Source: Eledone cirrhosa (lineage: Eukaryota). From it: DNA of 64,000 nucleotides. Numbering within the stretch: the stretch's first letter is position 1; the number at the start of each line of letters is the position of its first letter. Position numbers and translations under genes: made by a program. The notes under the pieces are model-generated. The model saw only the letters and a program-made list of their open reading frames with translations. It did no database searches and was not told the DNA's origin. Positions 24,429 to 37,313 of this stretch are shown here, in pieces. Where the stretch lies: contig OZ024743.1 in NCBI GenBank assembly GCA_964016885.1, forward strand, positions 278,628,001-278,692,000, given 5' to 3'.

Positions 24429-24578
24429 TACATATAAGAGTTTTTTCTCGGACCTTCCTAGGGTAAATATCATCAACTACAAAAAAAAAAAAATTTCCTT
24501 GACGACTCATGAAATCGAAAGCAGGCAAATTGGCGACATAACTTAAAATAAATTCATACACACACACATTCACTCTCT

Positions 24579-24621
<43 letters not shown>

Positions 24622-25504
24622 ACACATATATATATATGTGTGTATACACACATCCTACTAACACCTCCACACAACCCCTCACACACCGCCACCCATTCCC
24701 TCAACTTTTCACACTAATCCACCTGTCCACCGTACCTCCGCACACTAGGGGCCACACCTGCCAACTACCACTCGCCTGTCTGTCACCCTCTTAACTGCTA
24801 TCTCCTCTCTCTCGCATCCATCGCCGTGCCTTCTCTACCCCCTGCGTTGATCTTCTTGACCACTTCCTGTTGCGATTGCAACCCACAACTTTCTATTTCC
24901 TTTCACCATTCCACGGATCCTACACCACTGGTCACACTCTCTGAACATCCACCTTTTTATACCCGGATTGTTTCACCCTCTGTCCATACACTCGCCGGGA
25001 AAACATTCAGGAACACACACACAAACACTTACACTATTTTCGCACACACACAACCATACATTCCCACGCATCCACACCACACAAAAACACACACACGTGC
25101 GTATCCTCACATACACCTAGTGGTCCTCCGGACTCTGCAGCTCGTCCGACCCATCTCCATTCACACGCACACACACACGGACTTACACCGCACCCTTGTA
25201 CACACTGGTTTTCCTATTACCTGAACATGGAACCTCGTTCTTCCCTAAACTCTCTCACTCACAACCACCTACACACACACACACACACCACCTTCCGCCC
25301 TCTCCACTCGGAACCCCTGTTTCCTTCTCCACGCTCCCCCTCCATCTACCCACCACCACCTCTATACGCCTCACACCACTTGTTTTCCTTTAAAATTGTT
25401 TTCTCTCCTTTAAATTGTTTTCCTTCCTTTTAATCCCTCCCCCTCATTTTTAATGTCTTTCCAACACTCCCCCTCACACCCTCGGAACTCTTTTCTTTCC
25501 CAAT

Positions 25505-25538
25505 TCTCTCCTGATGAAGGGTTTGTGTCCGAAACGTC
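25505..25538 (+). ncRNA. Minimal Penelope-type HHR core, stem I partner missing
   Basis: CTGATGA-a-GGG-tttgtg-TCC-GAAA-C-GTC at the end of a C-rich repeat-like region (24660-25500). Confidence 0.55.
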
Positions 25539-25664
25539 CTCCCCCACCCCCACTCTCAAGCGTGACATAATACCACACTGTTCGTACTGCACTATTGTTT
25601 TTGTTTTCTGTTTTTTACTGATATATATATATATACATATGTGTCTGTATATATATATATATAT

Positions 25665-26412
25665 ATATAGTAGAATAATCGAGAATCTGAAATTTCAGCC
25701 CACGAAATCACGATAAACAATATCCGATATATGTGGCAGAGGGCTCAATAATTTGGAAAAATCAGAGCTATAACTATCGTTAAAATACCAACACATAGAG
25801 GTCATGCCTAAAATCACCCATGCAGCCGAAAATAAACGACCAGGAAGATTCGGGTCACTCAAATAAAATATCAATAAATTAATAAATTAAATGAATGTAA
25901 AACTTACCCGGACTCGCTAGAATGATGTTAAATCTAGCTTCTGCAATTCCTTAATCTGAACACTATCAGCCCAATAAAAGATATATAAGGCTTATAGAGA
26001 AGAGAGGAACAAGGAAAGCTTTATCAACGAGTCTTTAGTTCCACAGTATAGAAGGGCCCCGAAGCCAAATGACGCACATGGTATTCAGCATGGGAGGGAA
26101 CCTTTATATTAGCGAAAGAATTCGGTGATGTGTAAATTATGTAACAATACAAATTATCACATATCGAATCAGAGTGCTCAACAGACATGTTAAAATAAAC
26201 AAGAGCTATTCATCAGTCAATAAGATCAACAAAGAAATCATCAATAAAATTAACTGGTCAATAGCTAGGGTCTAGAGCTAAATATAGTAGAATAATCGAG
26301 AATCGGAATTTCGGCCCACGAAATCACGATAAACAATATCCGATATATGTGGCAGAGGGCTCAATAATTTGGAAAAATCAGAGCTATAACTATCGTTAAA
26401 ATACCAACACAT
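25665..26412 (-). mobile_element. Partial tandem element (~617-bp period) with decayed HHR at ~26177-26223
   Basis: 25665-25796 is repeated at 26282-26412; minus strand CTGATGA-atagc...ttat-ttTAA-CATG-TC. Confidence 0.7.
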
Positions 26413-29400
26413 ATATATAAATATATATATACATACATATATAGATAGATAAATAGATAGATAATATCAACACATCCATATTATCAGGTGGCTGTTATGT
26501 ATCTTGCATATACAAAGGGAAGAAAATGTGTGTTTTGATAAATATACTAATGTTTATTTAATAGCTCGAAGATGATGGTTCAGCTTAGTTTCCTGCGTGT
26601 GATCGTTCCACAATCAAAAAAGATTCGTCTCTTTGTTGAGATGTATCCTTGCTACAGTAGCGACGCAAGGAACCTTCATCAAATACATATTGAAATAAAT
26701 CTTCTGAATACCCTAAACAATGACTTGTTACTTTCCTTTTCTGTGATATCTCGATCGAAACAAATCTGTTTTTCAAATAATGTAGTTGGTAGAAATAAAT
26801 GTAAGCAAAAAAAACAAAAAAATGTAACAAATAAAAAACAGGTGGGGCAAAAATTATTAACTTCTTTCTAAATTTAGAGGCAGAACTGAAGATATTATAC
26901 AAAGTTTGTTGTTAAACTGTTGTCTAGAATTTCATTGCAGAAACCCATATTTTACCGCAATACGGTTTGTGTGTCATAAAACGATAGCTTTTACTAGAAT
27001 CTCCTACTTCTGAATTACTTTTTTTCTGAGGTGTCAAAAACAACCAGGCAAATGTACGCTTGACAAAGAGCTAGTTCATAATCATCTCGGCTAGAAGTAA
27101 TATGGTTTTCAGGTATTTTTCTCTTGTTCGTTATCTTTTTTTTGTTAAGAAATGTGCTCTTCTAGACGACATATTTCCATTGCTTCATTACAATAAACAT
27201 TTCCACATAAAAGACATATGTTTTGCTAGTGATATGAAGGTAGAACAAAAAATCCATATTATAACTCTGTTTCTACATTCTTTATGGATTTTCTTTGTAT
27301 TTGGTACAATTGCTTGAAACATTTTCCCATTGCTCACAATACCACGATATATATAAATTTATTAAAAAAAAACAACAATACAAACTAGTAAAAGAAAATA
27401 ACAATATATATAGATTAATAAGAAATAAATGTTATTTTTTGATACAAAAAGTCCTTCAAATCACATTCAACAATACATATTATATATAAAACGTTTATGG
27501 GGAAAACAAATATTTAGTTTGCATTTCGGATTTTACAAGGCATAAATAGCTTTGAATGCCTTGAAAAAGGTAGTGTATCCACCTCATATATAGATATTCT
27601 GTGATAGAGAAACGGCTTGTATTCTTGTTTACCTGCTGTCGGCAGAAACAATCGCCTGGAATCAAATCGTTCTATTCAGCTAACAGGTCATCTTCAGTAT
27701 TTGAACACATACGTTAATGTGTAATGACTTTTATTAAAACCGGTGCCTGTCAGCTTTCAACGAAGTAATGCAACAAGACTCATGTATCGGAACCCATTTC
27801 TGTGCTGAATAAACAGTGAGATGAAGGATGGCGTATTTCAAACTAATGAAGAAGTAAAGATTATTTTTGGAAAATCAAGGCTTGTGTATAATATGGTGAG
27901 AATTTAGTATGAAAATGCTCTTGAATGAAAGCTACTTCATTTTGGTTTTCCATCACCCTACTTTGTGAAGAAAGATATTGACCAAGAATAGAAACTGAAG
28001 AGAAATAGTTCAGCGTAGAGAATTCTGACTTCTATCAAAGTTGGAGACAAATATTGCATTGTTTTCTGCTGGTCATCGGTAACAAGAATCAAATTAATAA
28101 AGGTTGTTTGATGTGTTAATTATGCATATTTTAATCATACTAGTGAATAATATACATTAACCATCCTTACTGTAGCTATGTTTTTGTATGTAAAATAATA
28201 AACCTCTTTAATTACCGCCGATACATTTATTATGAAAGGGTAAATGTTAGCTTCTATAGTATGTAACTGTTTTAAGTAAGTGTTCGGCAGAAAAGGTTGC
28301 AAAACAGTGAATCAAATGAATACATACTATCATCCATGAAGGTTTGATGATCGTCGCTTAGCATGGTGGTTTTAATAGCGCAGGTACCTACGAGTGAGTC
28401 TAAAATATAGATTAATTTTAACTTAGATTTCATCAAATCATGATAGCAAATAATGAAAGCAATGCCATAATATTAACTTTGCCATTGTAAAGACCTATGA
28501 TTATAAGGATGTGACCTTCAAATGCGCCATGAGAGGGGTCGACATTGCGTGACGTAAAAATCGATGAAGATTTTGTCATTAGTACAACTTTTCTTGTGGG
28601 TGTAGTTGAAATAAGATGATATTAATTAGAGTGACCTTTCTGGGATATCTGGTATAAAGTGAAACATCTTCACTGGTGTTACAAATATACATTTTATTAT
28701 AGAGATCATAATCTAATTTGTTTAGGTCTCAATTGCAGTTCCAGTGTAGCAAACGATATCTTAAGATTATTTTCTCTTCCACTCACCCCAATGAAGAAGA
28801 AATTTCATTAAAAAAAACTTGAATTACTTACTGCCTCCCTGCAACGGCCAAATTAAAAGGAATAGTATATTTATCTATATAAACATCACTTCTATTTAAT
28901 AACGTCCGGTAATTTACTCTGTGAGAAATGTCTCCATGAATACGTTTAGCTCCCAACGAATACAAAACCTGACGTTAATTAAAAGATCCAAGTGTGTCGG
29001 TATTTTTGAACTCTCCTAATCTTAATAACTAATTTCTGTTAATTCATTGTATTGTCTCTTAATAATCAAAATTCCCCTGTTGAAAATTTATACTGAATTA
29101 ACCTATTTATTTCAATAAATTCTGTTTTATCTTCAAAGAAATCACAATATGAATTATGAATTTAATGGACTAAGAATGTATTATATAAAATGCCAAGACA
29201 TATGTTATTTTTTATTTGTAAGCAATCAATTCTCTATTTCAAGAAAGAAAATAAAACCCAGTTCCAAATTATAACAATTGTCAAAGAAAAGTAAATAACA
29301 CTTCAAGAAATTAAGCATCAATTAAGTATTAATTTTCATGGTTGTCTGAAAATCAGAGATTTATTAGCCCACAAGGTGACATCTACGGACATATTATGGT

Positions 29401-29489
29401 CCTATTAAACCTTGTCAGCAGAGCATAGTACTTTCACGACAAAAAGAAAAGTCGACATACATGTTTAGTAATAAATGTGTGTGTTCACA

Positions 29490-29780
29490 CGATAACGATT
29501 ATTCCAGTTATTCGAACAGCGGGTACGTCTGTTTTCAGAGACTAACGTACCAGTGACCGAGCATTCTACAGACACATGTACATATAATGTAGTTCTCGGG
29601 AAGATGTATAGCCTGGCTGCTCCTGTGAGTCAGAGACACAGCTCCTTTTACCATTGCAGTGGACTAGAGCAACGTGAAATAACGTTTCTTGCTCAGGGGA
29701 TCAGTATTCCACTGGGAACCGAACTCACAACTTTACGATTGTAATCCGGACATTCTAACCCCGAAGCTACATCCCTTCAC
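29490..29780 (-). mobile_element. Old SINE family 2
   Basis: gagttcggttccc B-box; ctgagcaagaaacgttatttcacgttgctc. Confidence 0.6.
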
Positions 29781-29909
29781 ACTATTAACTAGCTTGCCTT
29801 ATTCACTGATCTTTTCTCACCATTAAATATTTACTCTCTTTCAACCGCAATAATTTCACAATAATTCCACAATAAGTTTCCGTTCCATTCATGTTACACC
29901 TTCAATCTA

Positions 29910-30140
29910 GGGCGGTGATTTGATGGAATCGTTAGTGCATCGGATAAAATGTAACATACCATTTTGTTACGGCCCTCTATATTCTGGTTTCAAATTCCAC
30001 CAAGTTTAAATTTAAACAACCGAGTTTAAATTTAAACAACCGAGAAGGATGAATTAAAGTAGCAATAAAGTATTGGGAGTGGTTTATCGGCTTTTCCTTC
30101 CACGTTAAAATACTTGGCCTTTTCTTTAAATCACAAACAA
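29910..30140 (+). mobile_element. Old SINE family 1-like copy
   Basis: gggcggtgatttgatggaatcgttag...ttcaaattccaccaag; similarly diverged copies at ~31790-31950(-), 33760-33905(+), 48720-48910(-), 54420-54560(-). Confidence 0.55.
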
Positions 30141-31074
30141 TTTTAGTCCTTCAACGCTTTTCTTCAATTTCACTCTGCCAATTGGTTGAATATCTATCTC
30201 TCCACGTCATGTACTCGTTCAATGATTCACCGACCTATATATTTCTCCAACCCATTTTCTTAACCAATCAGCTACACAAACACAAACCACCCTCTCTCAT
30301 TTGTGTTTCTAATGTCTACTCTTTTGTGTCGTATCATTTCTCCATATTGTTTTCCTCAATCAATCAATAAATATTATCTCAGGTGCTTAATACAATAAAT
30401 AGTCAACCACATTAATTTCTCCCAATCAATAGTTTCACACTCAAACATTTTCTGAGCATATTTCTAATTACACATAAGATAATATAATTAATTGGAGAAT
30501 TTCTGTAGAGATTTCCTAAAATTATTTCCATTATTAAGACGATATTTGTAAGAACATAATATATGGTTCTTATATCAAATCATTTGTAGGAGTTTAATTT
30601 AATTAGAAAACCCTTAAAATTTGTGGTTTTCTTTCTTATAAACAGGGGCAACTTGTTTTTGTTTTTGTGAGGAGATAGAAGGAGTTTCAAAAATATCTCA
30701 CTATAAATAAGACTGTTGTGAATTTTTATGGAGTTTGTAGCAGATAAGTGGGAGTATCCATGACATTTGCTGTGTCTCTCAGACTGATGTGACAGCTACG
30801 GTCGTTGCCTATTAACACCTGCAAATCCACTTTATCAACGAAAAATAACTGAGTAGAGGAATCAAACATAGACACAGACACATACCGCGCACACTCATTT
30901 ATTCAGCTAACCTAGTGTAGAAACATTAAAAGTTGATGTATTTCGCGCAGGCATGGGCGTACATTTTAAAGATTTGCTTCGTAAACACATTCTCAAGCTC
31001 TTGAATACATCTCGCCAACAATATCCTGCATTCACGCATTAAAGTGAAATTTGGTGAACGGAAACTGGAAATAC

Positions 31075-31139
<65 letters not shown>

Positions 31140-31745
31140 TACACAGGTGTGTATGATTGTGTATAGAAGATTATTTAATAAAAGGAATTCCAACTTTGTC
31201 TGATTTACTCGTTTTATTTACAATCCTTTAAAATTATAATGGTATTAGAATGAAATAGTATGGTAGAATATTAAATTTTAAGTGTTAATTGAACAAGTAC
31301 TTTCATGCTTTCGCAATCTTCAGGTTCATATTCTGTGGTGACACTCAAGTTTGCAATTTTCAACTAAGTTGAAAATTATATATATATGTGTGTGTATGTG
31401 TATATATATATATTATATATGTACAAAATACACACGCACATATATCATTTCTAAAAAAACCTTCAGTTTCAACGACAGCCAAAGTCATGCAGCACCCCTC
31501 TATTTTAGCGTCTACACCCATAAGTCAATAGGAGTGAAATGGCAGTCTCGTCAGTACGTCTAATATTATAGTAAATTCTTTGGAAGACATTGGGGTGTTT
31601 TGATCTGTAGGCCAATGTTTGGCAAGATTTAAAATGCTCCAAATAAGACATGTGTCAGCATGGCGCCCCTACAACTACATCCGGGCTTATGCCTTTCCAC
31701 CCCTTATAAGGGGAAACAATATTATTCTGACTACACACTCACACA

Positions 31746-31782
<37 letters not shown>

Positions 31783-34779
31783 TCCGACTGACTTATACTC
31801 CACTAAATTGATTTTAATTTTAATTTATCAACTCAGGTAGGATGAAAGGCAAAGTTGAACTTGGCGGTATTTGAACTCAGAACGTAAAGAGCCAAATCAA
31901 GTACCGCAATGGAATTTATCAGACTCTACCAATTATGCCAATCCACCACTCTATCAACATTACATATTAAATAATCAATACGATTGACCCAATATAACAA
32001 TGTAAGTTGGTAGTAAAAGGATTGCTTACTTAAACAGGTTTCGATGTTCACTTGAAAATCGAAATAATTTTTTATGTTTTTAGTGGTAAATTTCACATCG
32101 ATGTCGATGATTAGTATTCAGTTGCTTGATGCAATGAATGTTTCTCTCGTTAAATTAACATGTAAGCGGTTTTCGTATTTAATAGACACGTCTACCCATA
32201 ACATAATTCTTGTGAAGAATAAGCGTGTCAAAACGTGTCAAGTCTGATAGCTTCCCACAAAATTTCTGCGTACCTAATATTACCATAGCTCAGTTTACTA
32301 TGCCTTTATTAGTCTATTTGTTTCCATAACCTTCAGAGTTTTATGGCACTACATAATCAGCAATTCAAATCAATTATTGTCTATTTGATCGTAAAAGTAT
32401 TAAGGTGACAGAGACTTTGAAAATTGGACAAGCAATAATATTTTGCATTTAGCCACATCCCTAAACATTCTTCTTCTTTATTTCCATTCCATGTATCGGT
32501 CATTTCTTGTATATTTGTAGTAAGCAAATCACTATCTATCTGTACATTGAGGCATTGTGAATGGTCTATGTTACTCTTCTCGCAAATGAAAAAGTGGGAG
32601 AAAAAGAAAAAAAAAGGGTGAGAAGGTGAGAAGGCAAGGACACAGTACATAACTGATATTTTATGGAATCAAAAAAGAGTAAACGGTAAATTTTACCAGG
32701 ATTTTAAGTGGTCCGGAATGAATACTACAAGGCACACGCCTTAATGACTCCTCTAATTACCTTCCTAACACTGTATACAAATCAAAACCTTCCACACACT
32801 ACCTTTGTCTTTAATCCAATGAGGATGAAGATATTAAGATGGGATTCAGAAACCGAAGAATCTACATGAGGGTCATTATCACGTTTCAACCTCTATGCCT
32901 CGAATCATTAATAAATGTCAATATCCACATTGTTTATTAAACTGGAATATATTTTCATATAAAGCATTTGATTCCATTCATTCAATTAAGGCGGTCTACT
33001 AAATATTCGACTGAATACATTGTTGTTCACACTTATAAAAACGGGTTTGTGCTTTTTAAAGTACCAAAACATTTGTTTATGTGAGACAACAGCGTCATGG
33101 CAAACCCGATAAGGCTTTAAACTTTCAGTTCAATTTCACTTTTCTTAAAAGTTAAAACAACAGGTAATAAGAATATAAGCACACATTAAAAGGTAATTCA
33201 ATACAGTATACATAGCATTGCCTCCATGAAAAAGGAAAAAAAACGAACAAACTAAGCTTCTGCTTATGTAAGAAATCAATATTTATTCTGTTCATTTGCT
33301 TGATTCATTTATCTGATGATCTTTGTTCGATTGCCAACTTGTTTGTTTGCTGTTTCCTTTTTGATTTCACGGATATCAATTAACGGTTTGCGTTTTGTTA
33401 AGTGGAACTTTCTCTGTGATACTGATATTCAATGTAACAGGTGTTATAAAGAAGAAAGACCGGGAAGAAGGATAAAAAAGGCCTAGTTAAACTATAGAGA
33501 AATAAGACGTTTAATATTAACGTGGGAACTTGAATAAACATCGCTGTTTATTTGTATAATCACGTGAATGGAGGATATTAGAAATACATTCAGTAATACA
33601 CATACGCCTACACACTTACAAATAAATAGACACTCGTACATATATTGGCAGTTTACACAAAGAAAAGTATGTTAATACAATATATACTATCACTATAATA
33701 CGCAGTATAAATGCAGAGGATTGTAAGAAAGACTGAAACATTGTAAATATCGGTGTAGTATTTAGCTGTAGTGTTTTATATTCTGAGTTCATATCCCGCC
33801 GGTGTTGATGTCTACCCAAGTTTCAAGATCGGTAACTGAATTGAAATAATCAATTATTCCCTGCCACCAAAATGCATGGCTTCATGCCTTACAGAAGAAA
33901 TCAATATATTTGATCTCACGATACTCGTGTTCGCGTCACGCTGTGCCCTCACAGATTTATAGGAATACAAGTTACGCTTAGTTTTAAAATATAAACATTT
34001 TTACCTTTCATTCCTGAGTTTAAAAATAAGGTATTAATTTATTTGTCTAAGTGAATAAGATTAGCATCACTCTTTGCGTATTCTCTTGACGAGTTAGACA
34101 TAGCAACGAAACAAAAGAAAAAAATGGAAAAACTCATTCGGCAAGGTGAATTTAGAAAGCCTTAAAATGAATCTATGGCTCTGATTTGAAAGAGTTTGAT
34201 TGTGGTTTTGTTTAATCAGAGGTTATCTACGGTTCTACTATAACAATTATGGAATAGAAAACAGTGGGAGTAAACACACGCATGTGCTATTATGCTTGGA
34301 TTCCAAATATTTCAGAATTCTATGTCTGGTGGTAAAATGTAGTGATGTTGGAATACATATTCCCGCTCTTAACAAAAATGTATGTATTAGAAATATCTAG
34401 AAATCTTAGAAGCAAGAGTGTGAAAATGCAGAAATGTTATCTCTCTGAAGAGAGAAACATATTTTAAATACGAGTAATATTTTCAGAAACAAATGTAATT
34501 CAGATAAACCGTGTATGGATTACATGCAAAAAATATGTCTTAAAATAGTCGCCTCCTCCTTCTTCTTCTTTCTCGTCATGAGACAGCGTGATCAAACACA
34601 TCTTCTATCGAGTCATGTCAGAAGCAACCGCCCCAACTGATACGGCCGGATGCCCAAGCAAGATTATCTGCCTCATGGATGTTATTTTGCTCGGGGTCTC
34701 CCCTGTTTTTGACGTGCTTTGTATTGTAAAATGTATCTATGATGAGACATGTACTTCATTTTTTGGCATCTTTAAATAT

Positions 34780-34936
34780 AATTGTTTCTACTTTTGGCAA
34801 AGGCCAGCAATTATCCCAGTACATTACTGGTACTTTATTTTATCGACCATAAAGGGACGTAACTATTTTATCGAGCATAAAGGGACGTAACTATGCTAGA
34901 AAGCATGGCGTCCAACTCTCTACCGATACAGCCAAT
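34780..34936 (-). mobile_element. SINE family 1 with internal deletion and duplication
   Basis: Consensus ends; duplicated cataaagggacgtaactat. Confidence 0.85.
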
Positions 34937-35031
34937 AATGCCAATGTCTTGTAGTTACTAAAGATTTCTCCATTTAAATTTTGAAAAAATTAGTTTAATA
35001 TTCCTCTTTCCTAAAATATCGATTGAATAAT

Positions 35032-35229
35032 TTCATTTTTATTGATTATATATATATATGTTTCTATGTCTTTTTTTTTTTTTCTTATATAAATAATAAA
35101 AATCTTTACACGCACAAAACCCACATCGTACCGTCCTGTACCGTCCTGTGCCGTCTGTAACGTTTTTCTTGATGTCAGCCCTTGTGGCCAATAAAGAAAT
35201 CATTATTATTATTATTATTATTATTATTA
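35032..35229 (+). mobile_element. 3' UTR stub of Tx1-like LINE A
   Basis: Near-identical to 40388-40601, including (taccgtcctg)n, AATAAA and the (ATT)n tail. Confidence 0.9.
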
Positions 35230-35379
35230 CGTCAGAGAAAATATTGTCTCTCTCCCTCCTTTCTCTAAATGTGGTGTCGCGTCTGTCACCTCTTTTGCAA
35301 GCGACACCATTAAAGAAAAAGAAAAATGTAGTTTCTCGCATCAAGAGAGCGCGCTACCGTGGAACATTTCTCCACGACG

Positions 35380-35561
35380 ATGACAACAACGAAAGATGTG
35401 TGCGGTAAATACGGAAAGCCATTTCATTCGTCTGACGTCATGAAGGATAGCAGCAGCAGCCGTAATAACAGCAGCAGCAGCAGCAGCAACAGTGGCGAGG
35501 AAAATACTTGTAGCAGCCGCAACAACAACAGCAGCAGCATAAACAACAACAGCAGCAGGAG

Positions 35562-35617
<56 letters not shown>

Positions 35618-37281
35618 GCAACAGCGGCGGTCGTAGTAGCAGCAGCAACAACAAAAGTAACAGCAGCTCTGACGACAACAACAACAAGAAAGAAAAACCA
35701 ATCTCGTTTGCAGGTATCGCAAAGAACCTTGAAACCATCCTTATAACAGATGAGGAATTACAGGAAGCAAGGAAGATGGTGACGAAAACCGGACACCGAG
35801 CAAACTGCAAGGCAGCCGAAGAGTTTTTCGAAACCCAACAGCACTGTACGGTCACGTACCGTACAGTAAGCACGAAATCACGTAGGTTGAAAGCGCCACA
35901 GAGGCTCAAATACAAAAAACCTTAGGGTCTGTGTGGCAGCGGAAAACGCATATCACCCGAGGCAAGAAATATGCCACCGTGGACGTGCTTTTTGCCACAC
36001 CCCAGGAGGCAAAGGCTCAATCCTTAGTAACCATAAAGAGCGAGGAAATGGTGTTGGTGCCCTCCTACTGCGGAAAAAAATTGTGAGGGTCAAACTGACC
36101 CAAGTCCCCTACCCTCCCGGGATGGCCCCTTCTTGGCTGGCCGCGTCTGTCCTCGTCGGAATCTGTCCTCGTCTGTCTCGTCTGTCCTCGTACAGAAAAA
36201 GTACGAGAAGATTGGCTCGGCGCCTCGATTGAGATGTTAATTCAAACCAACCAGGAGTGCATCGAAGCTATCCGGGATGTGATAGACTTCGATAACGGCA
36301 CTCAACTTCCCATAAGTGTTGAGAGCAAACGCCCGAAATGCTTTCGCTGTGGGTCGAAGACTCACCTCAGGGCCTTCTGCAATGAGAAAACCCTGACAAA
36401 GGAGAAAACCTCTCTCCTACCGAAACCGGCTCCACTGCTACCAGCAACAGGACAGGCGGCTCGCAGGAAGGATAGGTCCATGGCACCCATACCCAGGCCA
36501 CGGAAATCAAGAACAGCAGCAGTAGTAGAAGTATTAACAACAACAACAGTAATATCAACAGCAGCTGCAACAGAGACTGCATTGCAACTATCACCAACAA
36601 GAACAAGTGAAAGAGTGGAGCTGGTACCCCTCCCCGACCTTACAGAATCGGACATGGAGTGTGAGGTGGGAGACGGATGGCAAAAGGTCGCAAGAAGGCA
36701 CAAACGCAGAAGCAGCGCATCGTCGCCTTCGAAAAGGGAGGGAAGAAATGAAAAAAGGGTGAAGGCTACTGCAAAGAGACGTACAGCAGCAACACCACCA
36801 ACACCATCATCACCCACACTAGCACTACCATCACCACTGGCGGCAACCCCGCCGCCAACAACAACATTTTCAAAAACACAACCACAAGCACCAACATCGC
36901 AAGCACAACAACAAAACACACACACCCGGCAACAACGACAAGAAAGTAGCAGAACCACACCCCACCCCAGAAAAATAAATGCACAGCAATAAATACACAC
37001 AACAAGAAACTAATGACTTACATAATTGAACACACAGACATTTCACAGCACGACTACATAAATCCAGCACCAATCAAAACACCAACGAACATAAGACTGG
37101 TAAGAATATCACAGAAACAATACACAAACAACAAATGAAATTCCCCAACGCAGTTGGTGATTTCAGAGACCTAGGAGGGACACTCAACCGGAGAGTATAT
37201 TAGGATATACTCACAGAAGAGTCGACGACCAGCCGAAGGGACGATTCAACAGTCCCTTCACCAGACGATCAATGTAAGTGA
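35380..37281 (+). pseudogene. LINE A ORF1 (gag-like zinc knuckle protein)
   Basis: Poly-S/N N-terminus, CFRCGSKTHLRAFC CCHC knuckle, T/P-rich C-terminus; frameshifts. Confidence 0.85.
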
Positions 37282-37313
37282 CCCTTTATCACTTGCCCCG
37301 TTCCTCACCCAAC

